DNA of 64,000 bases, taken from positions 1-64,000 of the IMG/VR virus record IMGVR_UViG_3300032177_000002. One strand, written 5' to 3'. The DNA is from a virus. The notes under the pieces are model-generated. The model was not told where the DNA came from. It saw only the letters and a program-made list of their open reading frames with translations, and made no database searches. Positions 57,079-64,000 of this stretch are shown piece by piece. The stretch's first letter is position 1; every line of letters starts with the position of its first letter. A program made the translations under genes and the position numbers.

Positions 57079-58236
57079 CTATTGGTTAAAAATATTAGCC
57101 CACATGCTAACTTGTTTCTCTACAAGTGCCGGCTGATCTGCATCGGCACCGGCAGGTCTAGTCCCCTCTAAACTATCAAGGCGCTTATTGACATTAGCTA
57201 TAGTTTCAGCTAACTCTGCCAGTGCCATTGCCAGTTCTTTCTGTGTATCACCCTCGTCTACTTTAGTACCCTGCTCCTGCGGCAATAATGGCAAGTCAGC
57301 ATTGCATTGTTTCTCAACATTTTGTTCCTTATCCTCAATGTTTTTCATTCCAAGTTCCTGTAGTATTTCTTGAAGCATGTCTACTGCTTTTTTAAATGAT
57401 GACAATCGTGCCACCTTCATTTTTCGGCCAACCTTAACCAGCGCCTCTGACCCATTTGTAACACTACTAGCTTTAGCAGTGGCATCAGGATCAGCGCATG
57501 TATCTTCACGTTTAGCACTTGCTTCTGTACCTTGACTCTCCGCATCATCACTAGCGAATTGACCTATAACTGAATCTAATACATCCACCGCGTTTTGAAT
57601 TTTCGTGGTTACCTGTGGCGGGATCACATTACTAGCTTGATCTAATTTCTTTAACTCATTAGTTGCTTCTGCCAATGATGCAACTGCTGCCGTAATACCA
57701 TCAGCTACATCACTAATTGCCTTTACAGTCGTAGTTTTACTATCTTTAGTACGTTCAAATAACTCAGATAAACTCTTTGAAATACCAGCTATTTCTTCAC
57801 AAACGCATTTTGGTAAATCACTTGCACCAAATTTTGATTCCTTAGAATCTAATACAATTCGCATCAGCTTGTGCAATGCATTCTTGGTAACCTCTATAAC
57901 CTTTTCAACTTTTACTATTGCGACAGGCTCTGTAGTCTCTTCCTCAACCTCTATATCTACGTCTTCCTCCTCCGCCGCAGATACAACCGTATCTACTAAG
58001 TTACCTGCGTCTTTTTCAACGCCAAAATTTTCCGCGTCTTCACGCGGTATAGCTACTCTTGGCATAGTACTCTCCATCCGTTCCACTTGTAGCGTTCCGT
58101 CATCTCTCTTGATAATAAGGAAGCCACGCTTGTTAGCTGGTCGATCAACAACAGATACCTCGCGCACATCCAACTCGGTAAGACGTGCTACTACAGTATC
58201 CGTATTATTTTCTTTGTTTTTTTCTTGCATATCCAC
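57079..58236 (-). CDS. Scaffold protein bearing the EVSxV..PAN strand of HK97-type prohead proteases
   Basis: RLTELDVREVSVVDRPANKRGF N-terminus then long acidic coiled coils; ends W..IF; directly upstream of the MCP. Confidence 0.75.
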   Translation of the reverse strand: MDMQEKNKENNTDTVVARLTELDVREVSVVDRPANKRGFLIIKRDDGTLQVERMESTMPRVAIPREDAENFGVEKDAGNLVDTVVSAAEEEDVDIEVEEETTEPVAIVKVEKVIEVTKNALHKLMRIVLDSKESKFGASDLPKCVCEEIAGISKSLSELFERTKDSKTTTVKAISDVADGITAAVASLAEATNELKKLDQASNVIPPQVTTKIQNAVDVLDSVIGQFASDDAESQGTEASAKREDTCADPDATAKASSVTNGSEALVKVGRKMKVARLSSFKKAVDMLQEILQELGMKNIEDKEQNVEKQCNADLPLLPQEQGTKVDEGDTQKELAMALAELAETIANVNKRLDSLEGTRPAGADADQPALVEKQVSMWANIFNQ

Positions 58237-58251
58237 TTACCTGGTATTGTC

Positions 58252-59172
58252 TCAAACTCTGCCCCGCCTTGCAAATCCGCCAATAGAAAAACCCGTAAAT
58301 TCTCCACGCTTTATCTCCTCCCATAACTCACCATCCTTAACGTGATACATCAAAAGCCAACTCCCTTTTTTTACTTCCTGCCCATTAACAACAAAATCCG
58401 TAGGTGCCAGATAGCTTTCGTATATATCAAGTTTATCGTTTGCTATGCTCTGATGCATTATACCTCGGTCTTGTAGCTCTGCTAGCCATGCATGAGCCGC
58501 ATTGGATATCTCGTCCTCAGATACCACATCTCCCTGACTGTCAACCGTTTCTGGCTCCAAAACAATACCAAACACTACCCTTTTATCTTCTGCCTTATCT
58601 ATAGGTAATAACCGTACTTGCTTTTCAACATCACGTTTACCCGTATTTTCTTCTTTTAGCTTACCAACTACCCCCTTTACCCCGTCAGTTATGCTTATTG
58701 TTCTAAAACTTTCTTCCACAAACTCCCCAGGGTCCCTCTGCCTAAATCTCCATGAATTTTCTGTATCATCAGGTGCCCCAGGTTTAATTTTAAAGTTGTG
58801 ATTTTTAATCCATAATACAGCATCACCTTTCGTTGCAAACTTTACTTTATCTAAAATCAAAGTTTGCATAACCATTTGCTTCCTTACTTCTGAAAGTCCT
58901 AACAGCGATATTTCAGTATCGCTCAACCCTATAGCAAATGCCTTGCAGCAAGTGTCAAAATCCAAGTCCTCACTCACGTTAATGCTATGTTCCATACCTC
59001 TATTAGACATTTCCTGCAAAACAAGCAAATGATCTCCTACGGTACACTCCTTTTCAATATTCTGTGTATCAGTATAATCTAAGTGCATGCTTGCATGTAT
59101 GCCAAGCAATATCGCACTAGGCATTCTATCTATGCTTATTTTGGATAACCCTTTAGTAAAATCAATGCCCAT
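58252..59172 (-). CDS. XkdF-like prohead serine protease
   Basis: KRVVFGIVLEPETVDSQGD..EI..AAH.W...H...ESYLAP.DF..NG..VKKGSW...LWEEIKRGEFTGFSIGG. Confidence 0.85.
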   Translation of the reverse strand: MGIDFTKGLSKISIDRMPSAILLGIHASMHLDYTDTQNIEKECTVGDHLLVLQEMSNRGMEHSINVSEDLDFDTCCKAFAIGLSDTEISLLGLSEVRKQMVMQTLILDKVKFATKGDAVLWIKNHNFKIKPGAPDDTENSWRFRQRDPGEFVEESFRTISITDGVKGVVGKLKEENTGKRDVEKQVRLLPIDKAEDKRVVFGIVLEPETVDSQGDVVSEDEISNAAHAWLAELQDRGIMHQSIANDKLDIYESYLAPTDFVVNGQEVKKGSWLLMYHVKDGELWEEIKRGEFTGFSIGGFARRGRV

Positions 59173-59174
59173 AA

Positions 59175-59432
59175 CTATATGGCTCCCGTAATTTCTATAC
59201 TATACCCATCCATACAAATTTTGTGAATAAATGCTGTAAAAAATACTGCATGGCTAGGTCTGTATAATACCAAATCATCTTCGTGCCGATCACACTCGCA
59301 GTCCCACTTTTTATTTAATGTTACACCATCAATCACATAATGCCGTAATTTTACATCGTCAGTTGTTATAGACACATTACCAGCATCGTATTCGGCAACT
59401 ACTTTTCCGCACTTATAAATGTTCATGATCAT
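59175..59432 (-). CDS. Hypothetical protein
   Basis: 85-aa ORF in the head operon. Confidence 0.55.
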   Translation of the reverse strand: MIMNIYKCGKVVAEYDAGNVSITTDDVKLRHYVIDGVTLNKKWDCECDRHEDDLVLYRPSHAVFFTAFIHKICMDGYSIEITGAI

Positions 59433-59435
59433 GTA

Positions 59436-60464
59436 TCACATGCTACCACTAGAAATCATAACAGGTTCTGTTCTGCATCTAGGATGGAATGGCGGAAGTA
59501 CAATATTTCTTCCGGCAAGTTTCTTTGCGGCTTCTGGCGATCCGCGTGGAGAATCACCTATAATACTTTTTACGTCCTTTGCCGATAACCACGGGGCTGC
59601 TTCTTTCACTGCATCAGGCGTATCAGCTGCCACTATCGCTTGTATCTGCGCGGTCCCATAAGCAATAGAAAATGTAGTTCCGTTAAGCTCTCGGCATATC
59701 GGACTAGTGCGTTCATCCATAGGGTTTATAAGTTGAAACGTAACTACCCCAGCTTCGGCAAATTGCGTAATACGCGCGATCACCCTTGATTGATGGCCAG
59801 ATACTGATGCTAGCTGCTGAAAGTACAAATCTGGATTTCCTGCATACCTAGCAGGAAGTTCCGGCGCAAACTGGGACATACCAGGCGACATCCCCAACCC
59901 AAACTCCTGTCTTATGGCATCTCGCAATATAGGCCCTGCTTCCCTGTAAGAAAGTCCCTGATTTAGAAGGACATCGTTAGATACTTCTCGTATTCTTTGT
60001 GATAAATGCTCATCAAAAAACGAGCCAATCCAAAACTTTTGGTGCCCAGCCACTGCATCCACTGCCTTCTGGTCTATTACAGAAAAATTAAACCCTACTT
60101 TTATTTCCTTTGATGCTTCTTCCTTACTAAAAATATATATAGATTTAAGTCTAGTCTTAATTATTCCTGCTTGCTTATCTGTTAATGGACTTTTTAGTTT
60201 ATACCCCAGCATTACCAAAAATGAATCTATAGAATCGCTCGTGTAACCACGCGCATCGAGATCAGCAAGCCCCGTATCTAAAGCAGTTTTAGCTGATAAG
60301 GCCCACGCTTCAGACATTTCTTTTGTCATGCGTGCTTCTAATCCAAGTACTAATCTTTTAATATCTATTTTTAGAATGCTGCATACTGCCCCTTCAATAC
60401 TGCATTGAAGCGTTATTAGATCTTCTAAATCTAAGTTAGATAAATCTAAATAATTCCGCGCCAT
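59436..60464 (-). CDS. Minor head protein (MuF / SPP1 gp7 family)
   Basis: MDERTSPICRELNG and LPPFHPRCRT. Confidence 0.9.
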   Translation of the reverse strand: MARNYLDLSNLDLEDLITLQCSIEGAVCSILKIDIKRLVLGLEARMTKEMSEAWALSAKTALDTGLADLDARGYTSDSIDSFLVMLGYKLKSPLTDKQAGIIKTRLKSIYIFSKEEASKEIKVGFNFSVIDQKAVDAVAGHQKFWIGSFFDEHLSQRIREVSNDVLLNQGLSYREAGPILRDAIRQEFGLGMSPGMSQFAPELPARYAGNPDLYFQQLASVSGHQSRVIARITQFAEAGVVTFQLINPMDERTSPICRELNGTTFSIAYGTAQIQAIVAADTPDAVKEAAPWLSAKDVKSIIGDSPRGSPEAAKKLAGRNIVLPPFHPRCRTEPVMISSGSM

Positions 60465-61231
60465 AATAATGCACTTTTATTGCAATGATACGTAGGTGTC
60501 TCAACTCCTACTTGTTTATTTGCGATGTCCTCAATAAGTTTTATGGATCCAGGATCTAGCTTGCAGTCCTCTATCACTAACATCAGTGCTGGCATGTTTA
60601 CTATGCGAATACTATCAATTACGTTTTCACTCTTTGTTGTTACATTTTCCAGCAACTTCTTAGCTTCTGCTTCTAATTTATCTTTAATAGATTGAGACAA
60701 GCTTGATTGAGGTATTCTTGCCAATGCATTTCTCAAATGTGGCAAGTCAATTCCACCATCGGCATTACGAACCGGGAAATGCCTCAAAGTCCTTGGCACT
60801 GTTTTACCGTCTCCATCCTTTGTTCCACCCGGCTCAATATAAAGAAATGCGGAGTCTGGCAAGTCATTAACAAATACCGTAGGCCATACTGCTTTTTCCC
60901 TACGTTCCATCGGCGGTAGCGTAACAAACATTTGACAGACTTCTACTACATCACCAAAAACTACCTCTCCGATATCCGCTTTCTTCAGTTCAGTACGAAA
61001 AAATCTGCCATCACGATCATTTCGTACTATTACATGATCCTTAAACACACCGCACAATACAAACTCTTCACCACCATCAACTTGTTCTACTATTTCTCTC
61101 TGCAGCTCCCTTACATAACTATCAACTCCTCCATAGCAGGTAAACCCGTCATCCAATGCAATCTGAACAAAATACATTTTTGGCATCCTATCCCTTATTG
61201 TCAACATCGTTATGTAAGAAAAATCTGTCAT
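60446..61231 (-). CDS. Head-associated protein (DUF6582-like domain)
   Basis: VNDLPDSAFLYIEPGG.KD..GKTVPRTLRHFPV...D.PHLRNALARIPQ. Confidence 0.65.
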   Translation of the reverse strand: MTDFSYITMLTIRDRMPKMYFVQIALDDGFTCYGGVDSYVRELQREIVEQVDGGEEFVLCGVFKDHVIVRNDRDGRFFRTELKKADIGEVVFGDVVEVCQMFVTLPPMERREKAVWPTVFVNDLPDSAFLYIEPGGTKDGDGKTVPRTLRHFPVRNADGGIDLPHLRNALARIPQSSLSQSIKDKLEAEAKKLLENVTTKSENVIDSIRIVNMPALMLVIEDCKLDPGSIKLIEDIANKQVGVETPTYHCNKSALLWRGII

Positions 61232-62864
61232 CTAATTCTTTTTCTACTCTTCTACGCAAATCTAGCAACCCGTCTATCACATGCCGTGCTGCCACTTTCG
61301 GCTCAGCTACCCCGTTACCAGTGGCTGATCCATTCATACCTTGTTGAGCAGCAGCAAACGTTATAGAGAACGGCGTATCCAACGGCACACCCTGCGGCAT
61401 CGGGCCTATGTCATCTCCAAACACTCCTCTCACTATCCTGTCAGCTCTACGAGGCGTCATACCGCCAGACTTCTCTGCTATCCCCATAAGCCTTATCAAT
61501 TCGCTATCGTCTGTAACGTTTGGATGATTAGTCTTTAACGTGTGGAATCTTGCACCCCAACGGGATAAAACATGCCGATTAAAAAGGAAGTCGTCATCTG
61601 CTCGCTCAGGAGCAAATACTTGCTCGTCCGCGACAGCCTTACTTGCATCTGCTGTTGCTCTAGTGTAATCCTCTGTTTTTCCGACGAACACAGGCGGCAA
61701 TCTAAATGAGTATCTTATTTTATCCCTATTGTTAGCATCATACTTTTGAAAAAGTTCATCTGTTTTCTGGTATCCTGCCAAAGGCTCAATTCTAATTTTA
61801 AAACTATTTGGACTTTGAATACCACCTTCAGTCGTATCACCTTCCAACAACAAAAACTTACTGAAGTTCATTGCCCCCTGAACCTGTTCTTCTGTCCACT
61901 CCTTCAACCTAGCTATAGATCCCTCGGTCAGCGCACCGTTTTCTATGATAACGAACATCGACGGAATACCATTACTAGTTAATGTATTATAATTAGTCTC
62001 TTCAGCAGCCCTACTTCCATAGATAGAAAACAAGTTACCAACATAATGGGGAACTCCATACGGAGTAGTCGGATGATAAATCCTGAAATGCATTAAAGCA
62101 GTCGCACGCTTATCCACGGGCATCGTGTTAGAGTACTTTCCTGTATACTTATCTAAGTACCTAGGATCTCCAGCTTCTTTAAACCATAATAGACTTCCGC
62201 CATTCGCCATCGGCATAACAAAACGCCGGAACCTATGCCACATAGCAACCTGAGTTACAGAGTAATCCGACGTAGGGTCCACACGTGGAACCATTACCTT
62301 TACTGGTTCCACGTCCCTCTTAACTAACCTCACCGCATATCCTGGTATGTGACTCATTCCTACTAAGTCACCATTTATACCATCTACCAATTCTATGTAC
62401 CCATTCCCACATGAATGCTGATCGTCCTTTGTATTTTTTCGTATGGTATCAAACGATTCAGTCGGGTGAACCGTTTCCATCATCATTAGGAGCCTTGCTT
62501 TTTCCTCCTCTATTTGAGCAACAAGACCTTCCCTAACACCGTCTTTCATCTGACGTTCTCGTAGTTGCCAGCCAAACCCGGTGGTATTTGTTACTATAGC
62601 TTGAATGCATTGCCGTAACTCTGTACTTTGATCTTTCAAAGTTGCTAATTTTATTAAAGAGTAAGGAGGCTCTATTATCTGCTGACCAATAACATTGCAA
62701 TCCTGGAATACGTCCTTCTCATCCACATTTGACGCTGTACCGCTAGAATTCTCTTGTTTAAATAAAGTTGATCTACCTATAGGTATCGCCCTAAGTGTTA
62801 CACTACGTTTACGACCTTCTTTATCTACTGCGTCTAATGCTATTGTGCTCTCACCAGCCTTCAT
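61188..62864 (-). CDS. Portal protein (PBSX family)
   Basis: IIEPPYSL..L, GNGYIEL, HF..Y....PYGVP, N..IP, FRLPPVFVG..DYTRATA, EQVFAPER. Confidence 0.92.
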   Translation of the reverse strand: MKAGESTIALDAVDKEGRKRSVTLRAIPIGRSTLFKQENSSGTASNVDEKDVFQDCNVIGQQIIEPPYSLIKLATLKDQSTELRQCIQAIVTNTTGFGWQLRERQMKDGVREGLVAQIEEEKARLLMMMETVHPTESFDTIRKNTKDDQHSCGNGYIELVDGINGDLVGMSHIPGYAVRLVKRDVEPVKVMVPRVDPTSDYSVTQVAMWHRFRRFVMPMANGGSLLWFKEAGDPRYLDKYTGKYSNTMPVDKRATALMHFRIYHPTTPYGVPHYVGNLFSIYGSRAAEETNYNTLTSNGIPSMFVIIENGALTEGSIARLKEWTEEQVQGAMNFSKFLLLEGDTTEGGIQSPNSFKIRIEPLAGYQKTDELFQKYDANNRDKIRYSFRLPPVFVGKTEDYTRATADASKAVADEQVFAPERADDDFLFNRHVLSRWGARFHTLKTNHPNVTDDSELIRLMGIAEKSGGMTPRRADRIVRGVFGDDIGPMPQGVPLDTPFSITFAAAQQGMNGSATGNGVAEPKVAARHVIDGLLDLRRRVEKELDDRFFLHNDVDNKG

Positions 62865-62865
62865 G

Positions 62866-63117
62866 TTACCCCTTAACGGTAGCCAAAGCCGTATTCAACT
62901 TAGAACGAATCTCATTCACCAGTGTGCGTAACAGAGCCATCTCTGCAGCCGAAGGTGGATCAGTGAAAGCTAAAAGCACGGGTGCAGCCACAGCAGACCT
63001 ATTAGTTAGATCATCAGCAATACCCCTCAAAACTGTTGCTAATGAAGGAGTTCCGGCAGCTCCTGATGTTAACTGCGCCCCGCCCTCACCAAAGTTTGAC
63101 TTTATAATATTACTCAT
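62866..63117 (-). CDS. Small helical virion protein (head-fibre-like)
   Basis: 83 aa, PPSAAEMALLRTLVNEIRSKLN. Confidence 0.55.
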   Translation of the reverse strand: MSNIIKSNFGEGGAQLTSGAAGTPSLATVLRGIADDLTNRSAVAAPVLLAFTDPPSAAEMALLRTLVNEIRSKLNTALATVKG

Positions 63118-63140
63118 ATCAATCCCCTTATGCTTTTACG

Positions 63141-63461
63141 TTATCCCCAAGCTTCCCATAACAAGAGCTCAGTAGTTGTATCGTTAACGTCTGCCAACAC
63201 TGGTATTTTTATCCCGCAATTTCCATTGCTATCTTTTATTGCCTCAATCCCGCCAGACGCCAGAACAGACCGTGTTCCATCTGCGATGGTTTTAATATTT
63301 TGCCCTGTAGCCAAACCGTCTGCAGACTCAACCTTAATACTATTCGTCAGATTACTAACTACTGCCTTTTTTGGCATGAACCCAACTACCAGAACATTCA
63401 ACGTAGCATTCGTTGCTTTTACTTGTCCTGATACGTATTTAGACCCAACAGTACTTGACAT
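63141..63461 (-). CDS. Hypothetical virion protein
   Basis: Probable start 63461 after AAGGAG; VGFMPKK.V..N; ends WEAWG. Confidence 0.6.
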   Translation of the reverse strand: MSSTVGSKYVSGQVKATNATLNVLVVGFMPKKAVVSNLTNSIKVESADGLATGQNIKTIADGTRSVLASGGIEAIKDSNGNCGIKIPVLADVNDTTTELLLWEAWG

Positions 63462-63610
63462 CTTAAATCTCCTTTGGTTACCTAGTTGTAACACGTATTA
63501 CGATGATATCATGCAAGTTTATACCTTAGCAACACACGGTATTTCCTGCAATCAAGCCATTTGGTTTTCTTAGTTCCATATTTTTAAGCTCTAATCTCTA
63601 CGCATCATCC

Positions 63611-64000
63611 CTATATCAACCCAGGCTCATATTCTCTCTTCTTTCTAACTCCACCTAACCCCATGCCCACGGCAATATCAAATGCGTCAAACACGTCCTT
63701 CGGTCCATGCGGGAATGAGCAAAGACGGCGCATAAACCTATGATGTCCTGGTTTTATATAAATTGGATGCTCAGTAGCAAACAATGCTAACTGCTGGGCC
63801 CTAGCCACTTTATCCTTTATGGTCCACCTTGGAACTACCGGAACATGCGGAAAGTCTTGTCTTACCTGCTGCGTAAGAACAATTTGGTACGCATTAGCTT
63901 CTATTCCAACCCTAACCGTCTCAGGATGCTCATTAAATTTTTCCGCAATAAACGATACCTGCCTAGGGAACAGCATCTTTGCCTCTGTGTAACTTATCAA
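63611..64000 (-). CDS. Terminase large subunit, C-terminal nuclease domain (truncated by the window edge)
   Basis: VGIEANAYQ, KDKVARA, L.SFP.GPKDVFDA; lies upstream of the portal. Confidence 0.88.
   Translation of the reverse strand: MISYTEAKMLFPRQVSFIAEKFNEHPETVRVGIEANAYQIVLTQQVRQDFPHVPVVPRWTIKDKVARAQQLALFATEHPIYIKPGHHRFMRRLCSFPHGPKDVFDAFDIAVGMGLGGVRKKREYEPGLI

Noticed and set aside
58237-58254. Stop-codon readthrough or alternative genetic code joining protease and scaffold
   Set aside because: Two different in-frame stops (TGA, TAA); genes elsewhere are full length under the standard code
16021-64000. Bacterial contractile injection system / tailocin rather than phage
   Set aside because: Terminase, portal, protease, capsid and replication genes are present
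1-64000. tRNA, rRNA, integrase or IS transposase
   Set aside because: None recognisable by eye; tRNAscan-SE/Infernal would be needed to exclude small RNAs in 108-650

Overview
The window is a ~64 kb piece of a large, AT-rich tailed dsDNA phage with a contractile tail (myovirus/CIS-like). Positions ~16,000-64,000 are one minus-strand late region. From the right it holds a truncated TerL, PBSX-type portal, MuF, XkdF-type protease, scaffold and HK97-fold major capsid protein. Next come fibre/decoration genes, neck, sheath, tube, a tail chaperone with a -1 frameshift, tape measure and baseplate. It ends with a duplicated fibre/receptor-binding cassette containing a GT2 glycosyltransferase, and membrane (lysis-like) genes. 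Positions 11,973-15,961 encode a T7 gp4/Twinkle-like primase-helicase and a divergent SF2 helicase with a Zn-finger/poly-Glu tail. The left 11 kb is accessory: small ORFs, an intact carA-carB pair, a divergent pyrF and a 9-aa-repeat solenoid protein. The most unusual feature lies where carB and pyrF converge (~7390-8800). It is a ~1.4 kb GC-rich patch that reads as a co-oriented string of short bacterial defence-island gene fragments: C5-MTase 5' end, DnaJ-type Zn finger, IetA-like AAA ATPase 5' end, type III mod 3' end/res 5' end, and an internal MTase piece. The toxic or catalytic parts are missing and the translation-start regions are kept. All family assignments come from motif recognition by eye; no database searches were run.
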